Notes under the pieces: generated by a model
What the model saw: the letters and a program-made list of their open reading frames with translations, nothing else
What the model was told of the DNA's origin: nothing
Databases searched by the model: none
Position numbers and translations under genes: made by a program
IMG/VR virus record: IMGVR_UViG_3300032225_001255
Span: 1 to 29,254 of that record
DNA length: 29,254 bases
From: a virus
Lineage: Duplodnaviria > Caudoviricetes
Strand: one strand, 5' to 3'
Part shown: positions 8,749-16,730 of the stretch, piece after piece
Layout: each line of letters opens with the position of its first letter
Position numbering within the stretch: position 1 is the stretch's first letter

Positions 8749-9039
8749 TTACAAATGGTCGTCAAAAATGTTAATATCAAAACTGAAACTGATTCCGTCC
8801 TTTTCAAGCGTGACAAAGTCCAAATCAAACTCAGTATCGTATTGGCGAAAGAAGCGACCGCGCAAATTGATATTATACATATTGTCGAGGTCGTCGATAA
8901 ACACGAGGTGTTGTTCTTGGTCTACTTCAAACCAACCTGTTTGGTCGTCATTGTAGTTATTGGCAATTGATTTGATGCGTTCGTTCAACGTGCGTATATC
9001 GTCGTCGCTGAAGCAGTAAGTGATTTTTGGACAGTACAT
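8749..9039 (-). CDS. Hypothetical acidic protein
   Basis: 96 aa ORF with A-rich leader and TAATG coupling to the next gene. Confidence 0.65.
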   Translation of the reverse strand: MYCPKITYCFSDDDIRTLNERIKSIANNYNDDQTGWFEVDQEQHLVFIDDLDNMYNINLRGRFFRQYDTEFDLDFVTLEKDGISFSFDINIFDDHL

Positions 9040-9186
9040 AGTTTTGATTTTTAGTGGTTACAAATGTATTCAATTAGTTGGTCGTTCCAACGTACTTCTG
9101 AAAGTTTTTGACATTTCTCAATGTTCTCTGCTATCTCGTTGTGCGTTAAGTTGTATGCGTTAGCTGAAGAATAAACACAAACAAAA

Positions 9187-9417
9187 TTAGATTTCTTTGT
9201 TTGGCTCTGGTAGTTCCTTCCAATGCGACGTATTAAGTTTGAGGAATACTCGCTCAAGTTCTGCAATTCGTTGGTCGCACAATTGATCCCGAGACAATGT
9301 CCCGTTCTTTTGATTACCGTAGTAATTTTGTGCGGTAATGATTCCGTCAATAAGAATGTGTACTTCTTCTTCAAAGAGAAAAATTGATTTGTAAAAATTG
9401 GCTCTTTCATTGTTCAT
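9187..9417 (-). CDS. Hypothetical early protein
   Basis: 76 aa ORF with AACAACCAAATCAA leader. Confidence 0.6.
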   Translation of the reverse strand: MNNERANFYKSIFLFEEEVHILIDGIITAQNYYGNQKNGTLSRDQLCDQRIAELERVFLKLNTSHWKELPEPNKEI

Positions 9418-9431
9418 TTGATTTGGTTGTT

Positions 9432-9602
9432 TTAGATTTCTTTTGATTCAATTATTTCTTCGCGTGGTATAGCTGACTTGATTCGGTCATATGCAGATTT
9501 TGCATCTTCGTAGCTTGTATAAGACATATGAAACTCACCATTGACTACAATCTTGTAATACATATCGGTCAGCGTTGTTTTTTGGATTAGTTCTACTTTC
9601 AT
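9432..9602 (-). CDS. Hypothetical early protein (56 aa, not in ORF track)
   Basis: Manual translation MKVELIQKTTLTDMYYKIVVNGEFHMSYTSYEDAKSAYDRIKSAIPREEIIESKEI; ATGA overlap. Confidence 0.65.
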   Translation of the reverse strand: MKVELIQKTTLTDMYYKIVVNGEFHMSYTSYEDAKSAYDRIKSAIPREEIIESKEI

Positions 9603-9712
9603 TTTGTTGTGTGATTTGGTTGTTGTTCTAATTGTCTTGTTTGTTCGTCAATCGTTCCTGCGATTAACATTGCTCCGAAAAGAAGCGCGATGTAGAGTAG
9701 TGTTTTTTTCAT
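9599..9712 (-). CDS. Small membrane peptide, first gene of leftward operon (37 aa)
   Basis: Manual translation MKKTLLYIALLFGAMLIAGTIDEQTRQLEQQPNHTTK. Confidence 0.6.
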   Translation of the reverse strand: MKKTLLYIALLFGAMLIAGTIDEQTRQLEQQPNHTTK

Positions 9713-9743
9713 TTGTTTTTGTTTATCTTTGGTTTGTTGAGTA

Positions 9744-9777
9744 CAAATGTATGCTAAACTTTTGAATACACAACAAA
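9744..9777 (-). promoter_or_regulatory. Bacteroidota sigma-A type promoter of the leftward operon
   Basis: Minus strand TTTGTTG-N19-TACATTTG matches the -33 TTTG / -7 TAnnTTTG consensus, about 30 nt before the first ATG. Confidence 0.75.
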
Positions 9778-9818
9778 AAAATGAAAATAAATTAAAAATA
9801 AATTCTAACTAATTGAAA

Positions 9819-10223
9819 ATGAACGTTACCACATACAAAAAAACTTACAAAAAAAGTAATGCAAAGCGTAAACCAACGCCCGAATCTGAATCAAACCAAC
9901 AAGAAATAGTAATTAAGTATCTAAAATTAGCATATCCCGACGTTCTTTATTGCGCTTCAGCAGGTGGAATGAGAACAAGTTACTTGCAAGCAGTCAAGAT
10001 GAAGCGCACAGGATATGTCAAAGGCTTTCCCGACCTATTCATATACGAACCACGTAGTACGTTTTACGGTCTTGCCATTGAGATGAAGAAAGAAAAGGGG
10101 GGTATTGCTTCACCAGAGCAGAAGCGTTGGCAAGAACAATTAAGAAACAGAGGCTATTGTTCTTATATTTGTAAAGGTAGCGAGGAAGCAATCAAAGTAA
10201 TCGACGAATATTTTAATGAGTGA
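9819..10223 (+). CDS. VRR-NUC domain nuclease (Holliday junction resolvase-like)
   Basis: ESNQQ...GYVKGFPDL...AIEMK...SPEQKRWQEQL, PD-(D/E)xK pattern. Confidence 0.9.
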   Translation: MNVTTYKKTYKKSNAKRKPTPESESNQQEIVIKYLKLAYPDVLYCASAGGMRTSYLQAVKMKRTGYVKGFPDLFIYEPRSTFYGLAIEMKKEKGGIASPEQKRWQEQLRNRGYCSYICKGSEEAIKVIDEYFNE

Positions 10224-10723
10224 CACTTGACCAATACATAGAAGGACATTACAAAAAGTTCAAAGAACTTGCGAAGAACATTTCGCGAGGCGAGGATTAC
10301 TACGAAGACTTGCTTCACGATTCTTTGTTGTCTATGTTTGGTTCAAAACACATCGAAAACTTAATCGAAACAGGTGACTTTGAGTTTTATCTTATTCGTG
10401 TGATGTATCTTGCCGTCAATTCACCTACTTCGCCTTTCTACCGTCAAACAATCGCCTGGAACAGAAACCGTCGAGACTTTAAAGAATATGCGCACGAAGT
10501 CGATAAGACTTGGTTAGGTGCACGCATGACAAACGAGCAACTTGATATTCTAATTAGCCGGTTAACCGAGTTTGAACGTCTTATCTTTCAGGAGTACATC
10601 TTCGAAGGTTTCACCTATCGCGAGTTTTCTAAGCAGACAGGAATACCTACCATATTCCTTTACCGAACAATTGATTCAATTAAACAAAAAATAAGAGCAA
10701 ATGTTATTCGCAAAATCAAGTGA
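10220..10723 (+). CDS. ECF sigma-factor-like transcription regulator
   Basis: Region 2-like EDLLHDSLL and region 4-like LTEFERLIF...GFTYREFSKQTGIP. Confidence 0.8.
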   Translation: MTLDQYIEGHYKKFKELAKNISRGEDYYEDLLHDSLLSMFGSKHIENLIETGDFEFYLIRVMYLAVNSPTSPFYRQTIAWNRNRRDFKEYAHEVDKTWLGARMTNEQLDILISRLTEFERLIFQEYIFEGFTYREFSKQTGIPTIFLYRTIDSIKQKIRANVIRKIK

Positions 10724-11141
10724 GTATAAGCGACGTTTAGATATATGTCGCAACTGTAAATTCTTCGAAGCATCCACGCAAAGCTGTGGACCATTGATCG
10801 TGGGCGAAGAAGTAGAGACAGAAGTCCTATTCCGAAAGAAATCAATCAAACTTTGCGGGTGTGTCATGCCAATAAAAGCAAAACTTGCCTTTGCTTCTTG
10901 TCCTACCTCTAAATGGGACGGTGTCTTGTCGTTGGAAGAACAAATAGAGTTCAAACGATTTCTTCTCGATATGAAGACGCAAGGACGTTTGGAACAGAAA
11001 GATATGCTGAAGTTCTATTCGTTCAAGGATAAAGCCACAGGAGCGTTCAACGAGCGTTCTACTTGTCCACCTTGCGTAAAGAAAGACATCAACACATTTC
11101 TTGAATCAATGAAGGACGTTGACGTTGATTTGAACAATTAG
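10701..11141 (+). CDS. Cysteine-rich zinc-binding protein
   Basis: RRLDICRNC, LCGC..KAK..SCP..KW and TCPPC motifs. Confidence 0.7.
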   Translation: MLFAKSSEYKRRLDICRNCKFFEASTQSCGPLIVGEEVETEVLFRKKSIKLCGCVMPIKAKLAFASCPTSKWDGVLSLEEQIEFKRFLLDMKTQGRLEQKDMLKFYSFKDKATGAFNERSTCPPCVKKDINTFLESMKDVDVDLNN

Positions 11142-11181
11142 AAACTTAAAACTATTCGATCATCTTTTGACACAACAAACG

Positions 11182-11263
11182 TATATTTGTAGAGCCAAGT
11201 AATAAGTTATTACCCCCTTTTGTTTTTGCTTGGCGGCTAGAAACAATTGGGGGTATATTTTTT
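11182..11263 (+). ncRNA. Candidate small RNA or attenuator leader with -7 promoter element and terminator-like hairpin
   Basis: TATATTTG at 11182-11189; long stem TACCCCC (11211-17) / GGGGGTA (11249-55) followed by T6; GCCAAG (11194-99) is complementary to CTTGGC (11229-34) at the apex. Confidence 0.5.
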
Positions 11264-11512
11264 GAAGTAAATGAAACAAACTGAATAAGAACACTAAGAT
11301 CCTTCGTAAGTCAAAGCGAAGTAACCAATGACTACACTTGCAATACATCAATGCTTGGATCGTGCAACTGCCCTTTTAAGGGCGAGAGTAATCTTTTTCG
11401 GGGGAGCTTTTTCTTTTGTTCTTTCTTTAAAGTGCTTACACGTTTTCTTTGTTCTTTTCTTTTCTTTGCATATTTAGTGACATACTATAAATTTAATGAC
11501 ATATAAAAACTT

Positions 11513-11749
11513 ATGACACCAAAAGAAAAGGCTAAAGAACTATTAGATAAGTATTGGATATACTTAAGAGCTAACTTACTTTATGATGAAGAAGCAAAAG
11601 AAGACGCAAAACAATGCGCTTTAATTGCAGTAGATGAAATAGAAGAAGCACTTACCGATTATGGTAGAGGGGATTCACTTCAACTTCAAAACATGGATAG
11701 TGAATTTAGATTTTGGGAACAAGTAAAACAAGAAATAGAGAAGTTATGA
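11513..11749 (+). CDS. Hypothetical phage protein (MTPKEKA family)
   Basis: MTPKEKAKEL...AKQCALIAVDEI...FWEQVKQEIEKL. Confidence 0.75.
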   Translation: MTPKEKAKELLDKYWIYLRANLLYDEEAKEDAKQCALIAVDEIEEALTDYGRGDSLQLQNMDSEFRFWEQVKQEIEKL

Positions 11750-12099
11750 TAATTATTCCAGCACAATTAGAATCAGTAGGTACAAGGAAGGACAAGACTT
11801 TAAAGTTAACCTTTGGAACAAATGAGTTAAGTCCTTTACAAGCGTCAGAACTATTCACAATAGCTAATCAGTTCGGTTATCTTGCATTCAAAGACGAAGA
11901 CTTCAAACGCGAAGAACTGGACGCAGTAGAAAGTCTTAAGAGCGAACTTGAAGATACGCTTAAGAAACCCTCACAACGTTTGCGTGGTGTTCTATTCAGA
12001 CTATTCGAACAGGACAACGACGGATTCAAAACGTTCTCTAAATACTACGACTCACGAATGGAACAACTTATTAACCATTACAAAGGAAAATTAGGGTAG
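11746..12099 (+). CDS. Hypothetical phage protein
   Basis: ATGA overlap start; TRKDKTLKLTFGTNE...KPSQRLRGVLF. Confidence 0.75.
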   Translation: MIIIPAQLESVGTRKDKTLKLTFGTNELSPLQASELFTIANQFGYLAFKDEDFKREELDAVESLKSELEDTLKKPSQRLRGVLFRLFEQDNDGFKTFSKYYDSRMEQLINHYKGKLG

Positions 12100-12143
12100 T
12101 TCTTATATTTATACTTTAGTAAACATCAAAAGTTTAGAAAAAG

Positions 12144-12413
12144 ATGGGGTTACCAAAAGGCAAAACAAACAATCCAAAAGGCAGACCTGTCGGTTCACAA
12201 AACGAACGGACAATAATGTGGCAGCAACTTGGTGAGTACGTCGTGACGCAAGGAGCAGAACGTGCGATGACTGTCTTGCATTCAATGGATGATGAAGATT
12301 ATCTTCATAACTATCTTATGATGCTTGAATACTTCAAACCTAAACAGGCGAGAACAGTTCACGCAGGCGACAGCGAAGCACCGGTACAAATAATTATCAA
12401 TGACAAACTATGA
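12144..12413 (+). CDS. Terminase small subunit-like protein
   Basis: N-terminal KGKTNNPKGRPVGSQN motif (DUF5681-like) and beta-strand C-tail PVQIII. Confidence 0.6.
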   Translation: MGLPKGKTNNPKGRPVGSQNERTIMWQQLGEYVVTQGAERAMTVLHSMDDEDYLHNYLMMLEYFKPKQARTVHAGDSEAPVQIIINDKL

Positions 12414-12655
12414 GTAAAGCAAATTTAACATTTGACCTTGACGACAGAGACGATCGTATTGAGTTCGAGCGCATGATGAAGGCTCGCGATATGGCAATGG
12501 TCTTGTGGGAAATAGATATGAATGGTTATCGCAAGTTTACTAAGTACAACGACAGGCAGGAAGGCGCATATCAGGAAGGTATAGAAGAAGTATTTGAATA
12601 CATTCGTCAATTACTAAAAGAACATAACATAGACGTTGAACAATTGATTATATGA
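12410..12655 (+). CDS. Hypothetical protein
   Basis: 81 aa ORF with ATGA overlap. Confidence 0.7.
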   Translation: MSKANLTFDLDDRDDRIEFERMMKARDMAMVLWEIDMNGYRKFTKYNDRQEGAYQEGIEEVFEYIRQLLKEHNIDVEQLII

Positions 12656-12699
12656 TAGTGGAAAATAATCTACAAAAAGAACGTTTTAGTGGAAAATAA
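12656..12699 (+). repeat. 13 bp direct repeat TAGTGGAAAATAA x2
   Basis: Copies at 12656-12668 and 12687-12699, 31 bp apart. Confidence 0.7.
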
Positions 12700-12710
12700 A
12701 CAACAAAAAT

Positions 12711-12854
12711 ATGCCAATACCTACACCAACCTCAACAGAACCAAAAGAAGATTTTATCTATCGTTGCATGAGCGACGAAAAAATGGTTTCTGAATATCCA
12801 GACTCTACACAACGTTATGCTCTTTGCATCGCAACCTATAAAGAAAACAAATGA
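12711..12854 (+). CDS. Small phage protein (47 aa, not in ORF track)
   Basis: Manual translation MPIPTPTSTEPKEDFIYRCMSDEKMVSEYPDSTQRYALCIATYKENK. Confidence 0.75.
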   Translation: MPIPTPTSTEPKEDFIYRCMSDEKMVSEYPDSTQRYALCIATYKENK

Positions 12855-13207
12855 ACTATCTTGATAAAATAAGACGCAACCTAAACGCTCAGGAGCGCAT
12901 ATCATTTGACTTTGATGGAACACTTTCCACACCACAGGGCAAGTCACTTGCTAAACGATTCATATCAAAGGGATACATAGTCTACATAGTAACTGCTCGC
13001 GCTCAACGATTAAGTAAAGCAGTATATGAAGTAGCAGACGAATTAGGCATCTCACATAATCGCGTTAAGATGACAGGAAGCAATAGTGCAAAGATTGACT
13101 TCATTGTGAACAATCGAATACGCAAACACTACGATAATAACCCTGACGTTGTGAATGAATTGAAGGACAAAGGAGTTGAGGCAACACTTGTTAATTATGA
13201 AAAATAA
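12851..13207 (+). CDS. Minimal HAD-superfamily phosphatase
   Basis: SFDFDGTL (motif I), IVTAR (II), K (III), HYDNN (IV). Confidence 0.85.
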   Translation: MNYLDKIRRNLNAQERISFDFDGTLSTPQGKSLAKRFISKGYIVYIVTARAQRLSKAVYEVADELGISHNRVKMTGSNSAKIDFIVNNRIRKHYDNNPDVVNELKDKGVEATLVNYEK

Positions 13208-13300
13208 GCATAATGTTAATTCTTATCATATTCTTAAAAGTTACAAAGTATTGATTTTCAATAAGAATGAACTAAAAAGTGTTAAATAATAAAATAACGA

Positions 13301-13462
13301 ATGTTAAATAGTGATAACAAATTGAACTTCTTGCGGTCACAGATTGCAATGTTTCACCCCGAATGGACGAAGGAACAGGTACACATAGAAGCAATCAGAG
13401 TAAACGAAGAAGCAAATAGCATCGACGACGACGATGAAGGTTGTCTTTATTGCGGATCTTAA
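13301..13462 (+). CDS. Small protein with C-terminal CxxCGS (53 aa, not in ORF track)
   Basis: Manual translation MLNSDNKLNFLRSQIAMFHPEWTKEQVHIEAIRVNEEANSIDDDDEGCLYCGS. Confidence 0.7.
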   Translation: MLNSDNKLNFLRSQIAMFHPEWTKEQVHIEAIRVNEEANSIDDDDEGCLYCGS

Positions 13463-13473
13463 ACAAAAATAAT

Positions 13474-14055
13474 ATGAGCATAAAAGTAAGTATACCAGCT
13501 GACTATTCTTCGATAAGCGTCAAGCAATATGTTGACTATCAAGCAGCAAAGAACGATATTGAACGTTTACTGTCAATTAGTAACTTGACAAAAGAGAAAG
13601 CAGAACAGATTCCTTTCCAACACTTGCCAACATTAATAGAAGCATTTGAAGGAATATTGTTGAATGAAAGCGCAAAGTTCTTTGAGACGATAACTATTAA
13701 GGACAAGGACTTTGGTTTTATTCCTGACCTTTACTCTATCTCAATGGGTGAGTACGCAGACATAAGCACCTGGAGTGCAGATGTGTCAACAAATATGGTT
13801 AAGATAATGGGAACGCTTTACAGATCAATCGACAAACGTGTAGGTTCAAAATACACAATCGTCCCACATAGCAAGGCAAACCGCGAACTTGTTGAAGGTT
13901 ATGTCGAGCAGATGACACTCGAACAATTCAACGGTGCGATGCTTTTTTTTTCGACTTTGCTCAACGAACTAAGCAACACTTCGCTAGATTATTTGGAGAC
14001 AGAGGTGAAGAAGTTGGAGATGGAGTTGACGCAATTGACGACCGAGACAACCTAA
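13474..14055 (+). CDS. Tail assembly chaperone-like protein (short form)
   Basis: FGFIPDLYSISMGEYADI; T9 slippery run at MLFF; likely start ATG 13474. Confidence 0.7.
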   Translation: MSIKVSIPADYSSISVKQYVDYQAAKNDIERLLSISNLTKEKAEQIPFQHLPTLIEAFEGILLNESAKFFETITIKDKDFGFIPDLYSISMGEYADISTWSADVSTNMVKIMGTLYRSIDKRVGSKYTIVPHSKANRELVEGYVEQMTLEQFNGAMLFFSTLLNELSNTSLDYLETEVKKLEMELTQLTTETT

Positions 14056-14231
14056 ACCAAGTACTCGGACGATACGGTTGGTATCACTTATTTATGGAAG
14101 CGTGTGGACGCGACATAACTAAATTAGACGCAATTACGGAAAAATCCGCGTGGGAGATATTTACATATATGACTTACCTAATAGACTACAATTATGTCGA
14201 ACGTACAAAGCTACAACGCGCTCATCGATAG
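13950..14231 (+). CDS. -1 frameshift extension of the tail assembly chaperone (gpGT-like)
   Basis: The -1 frame is open from the T9 run: FDFAQRTKQHFARLFG...GRYGWYHLFMEACGRDITKLDAITEKSAWEIFTYMTY...; it fills the 14056-14193 gap. Confidence 0.75.
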   Translation, partial: FDFAQRTKQHFARLFGDRGEEVGDGVDAIDDRDNLNQVLGRYGWYHLFMEACGRDITKLDAITEKSAWEIFTYMTYLIDYNYVERTKLQRAHR

Positions 14232-16608
14232 ATTCAAAGCATTTGCTTCTGGACACTTTATTCTCAAGACTTTCTCACATGGACAGATAGATACAGCTGA
14301 CCTTGAGAAGTTTACTGAATATCCGTTCATGCACGTTGTGCCTTCTAACGTTTCTTATGCTAAAGGAACAAAGACATTCTCATTTCAGATTGTCCTTGCA
14401 GATCTTCCAAGAGATAAAGACGATAAGGTAGAATTTCAGCGTGAGGTTCTTTCCGACCTTCAACGCATAGCCGAAGATTTAATTGCTGAGATAACGAACC
14501 ACCGTGTGTTATTTGGTGACTTAATCACAGTACAAAACGTTTCGTTAGAACCATTCCTTGAAGAATTTCACAATACATTGACTGGTTGGACTGTTAGTCT
14601 TGAATTGCTCGTTCCTTACTATTGGGATGCGTGTTCTATTCCTGCTGAGTGGAATAATTACTTCGAAATAGGAACAGGTGGCGTAGGATCAATATTGTCA
14701 TTTAACGATTCAATCGTTCAAGACGGTAACGGAGTAGTAACTCTTGAGAATGATTTGTTAGCTCCACCTGCTAACTACTATTACGGAACAAATGGAGAGG
14801 GTGTTCGTGGTTGGTATCTATTGACGGATAATGTAGGTATAACTTGTGAAACAATTGGTTCATGTCAAACGATTATAGACATCGAAGCAGCGATTGACGC
14901 ACTCGAAGAAGAAATTGTTTTGAAGGCTGACATCACAAGCATCAGCGCGGTTGGTTTCTCGAATGATTACAACGACTTAGACAACCTTCCAACAATTCCA
15001 GCTGCTCAAGTCAATTCAGACTGGAACGCGACAAGCGGAGTGGCTGAGATTCTTAACAAGCCAACAATACCAACTTCACTACCTCCAAACGGAGCAGCAG
15101 GAGGGGATTTAACAGGCACTTATCCTAATCCAACAGTTCACAGAGTACATGGAGTAGATTTTCAAAGTGGTGCGCCTGCTGTAGATGACACATGGATTTA
15201 CGTTAGCACTCCCTTCGGCACACAGCCTTTTCAATGGCAGCACAGCAAACTAAAGACTTCGCAAGTTCAGAATGATAGCACCGTAACAGGAACGAATGCA
15301 GACGATGCGCTTGAGCATTTAGATAGCACTAAACAAGCGAATCTTGTTAGTGGAACGAATATAAAAACAGTTAATTCTAACTCATTACTTGGAGCAGGTA
15401 ACGTATCTGTTGGAACGGTTACAAGTGTTTCAGCATTGACGTTAGGCACAACAGGAACAGACTTAAGCAGCAGCGTCGCAACAGGAACAACAACACCTGT
15501 AATAACACTTAACGTACCTACTGCATCAACAGCTAATAGAGGTGCTTTGAGTGCTGCAGATTGGACTACGTTTAACGGCAAGCAGGCAGCGTTAGTAAGT
15601 GGAACAAATATTAAGACTATCAATAGCACTTCGCTTTTAGGTAGTGGAAACGTAGCTGTTGAGCCAACGATTACAGCAGGTACAACATCGCAATATTACA
15701 GAGGTGACAAGACTTTTCAAACACTCGATAAAACAGCTGTTGGACTAAGCAACGTAGATAACACAAGCGATGTAAACAAGCCTGTTTCAACAGCTACGCA
15801 AACAGCGTTAAACCTTAAAGAAAATTCAGCGAACAAACAGAACTCGTTAGCAACTGACGGTACAGGGGTAAAATTCCCAACTGTTGATGCTGTTAATAAC
15901 TTGTCATTTATTGATAAGGGTAAAGCAATGGTATCATTCTTTACTGATTTTTACGGCGCTGATGTTTCACGCGATGGTTTAGTTTCAGCTACTTCGGGCG
16001 GAATTATTGCAGCTCAGTCTTTAACAATAGCTCCAAATAGAACAAATCAGCAAGGCGTACATTCTTTAAGCACCGCTTTACTTGCAACCAATTGGGCTAA
16101 TCATGTTAGTTCCAGTATTACAAGTTTTTATTTAGGCAATGGGGCTTGGGTTTATGAAACTTCTATTAACTTAAATAATTTAAGTACAGCATTAGAACGA
16201 TTCAGAATTATTAGCGGTTTTGGTAATACAAGTGGATCAGCTGTTGAAACAGACGGTGTTTTTTTTACTTACGATGAAGGGGGCACAGCTAACGGAACTG
16301 CTGCCTCTCCAAACTGGCAATGCGTAACAGTTGCGAACTCTGTTCGTACTTTAACTACAACTTCGACAGCTGTAACTAACGCAGCATGGATTAAGTTAAG
16401 AATTGAGATTAATGCAGCAGCTACTTCAGCAGCTTTTTATGTGAATGGAACTTTGATTGCAACTCATACAACGAACATTCCTTTAGGTAGCGCATCTCGA
16501 TTTGTGCTTGTAAAACAAGGTATATTTAAAACAATAGGAATAACTAACCGAGTTATGTGGGTTGACTACTTAGGTTACGAAAACATTCAAACATCACCTC
16601 GCACATGA
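14194..16608 (+). CDS. Tail-terminator/neck-like domain fused to fibre-like repeats and a C-terminal beta-rich domain
   Basis: N-terminal ~150 aa EYPFMHV...EPFLEEFHNTLTGWTV; fibre motifs QVNSDWNATSG, GGDLTGTYPNPTV and VGLSNVDNTSDVNKPVSTA. Confidence 0.7.
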   Translation: MSNVQSYNALIDRFKAFASGHFILKTFSHGQIDTADLEKFTEYPFMHVVPSNVSYAKGTKTFSFQIVLADLPRDKDDKVEFQREVLSDLQRIAEDLIAEITNHRVLFGDLITVQNVSLEPFLEEFHNTLTGWTVSLELLVPYYWDACSIPAEWNNYFEIGTGGVGSILSFNDSIVQDGNGVVTLENDLLAPPANYYYGTNGEGVRGWYLLTDNVGITCETIGSCQTIIDIEAAIDALEEEIVLKADITSISAVGFSNDYNDLDNLPTIPAAQVNSDWNATSGVAEILNKPTIPTSLPPNGAAGGDLTGTYPNPTVHRVHGVDFQSGAPAVDDTWIYVSTPFGTQPFQWQHSKLKTSQVQNDSTVTGTNADDALEHLDSTKQANLVSGTNIKTVNSNSLLGAGNVSVGTVTSVSALTLGTTGTDLSSSVATGTTTPVITLNVPTASTANRGALSAADWTTFNGKQAALVSGTNIKTINSTSLLGSGNVAVEPTITAGTTSQYYRGDKTFQTLDKTAVGLSNVDNTSDVNKPVSTATQTALNLKENSANKQNSLATDGTGVKFPTVDAVNNLSFIDKGKAMVSFFTDFYGADVSRDGLVSATSGGIIAAQSLTIAPNRTNQQGVHSLSTALLATNWANHVSSSITSFYLGNGAWVYETSINLNNLSTALERFRIISGFGNTSGSAVETDGVFFTYDEGGTANGTAASPNWQCVTVANSVRTLTTTSTAVTNAAWIKLRIEINAAATSAAFYVNGTLIATHTTNIPLGSASRFVLVKQGIFKTIGITNRVMWVDYLGYENIQTSPRT
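15331..15654 (+). repeat. Internal fibre repeat KQAxLVSGTNIKTxNSxSLLGxGNV x2
   Basis: Copies at 15331-15405 and 15580-15654, diverged at synonymous sites. Confidence 0.85.
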
Positions 16609-16730
16609 TAATAACAAAATATAGAATGATTACCGAGAACGGTTATATCGAAACGCTCAGTGAGCAAGAAGCTATTGAGTGGGGTAATTATACAACAGTA
16701 ACAGAAGAAGTTCCAGACGACAATGGCTAA
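16605..16730 (+). CDS. Small protein after fibre (41 aa; possible fibre chaperone)
   Basis: Manual translation MIITKYRMITENGYIETLSEQEAIEWGNYTTVTEEVPDDNG; overlaps both neighbours. Confidence 0.6.
   Translation: MIITKYRMITENGYIETLSEQEAIEWGNYTTVTEEVPDDNG

Noticed and set aside
9415-9740. Spaced GATTTGGTTG repeats as a CRISPR-like array
   Set aside because: They are short, irregular and coincide with A-rich translation leaders of small minus-strand genes.
11298-11370. Resemblance to pistol/twister ribozyme topology
   Set aside because: I could not place the conserved catalytic nucleotides; kept only as a generic structured-RNA candidate.
13203-13310. dif-like fragments (GCATAATGT and ATGTTAAAT)
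   Set aside because: The XerC-like and XerD-like halves are about 90 bp apart rather than separated by 6 bp, so no intact 28 bp site is present.
15331-15654. Repeat pair as DGR template/variable repeat
   Set aside because: Differences are not adenine-specific, both copies are in one ORF, and no reverse transcriptase is encoded.
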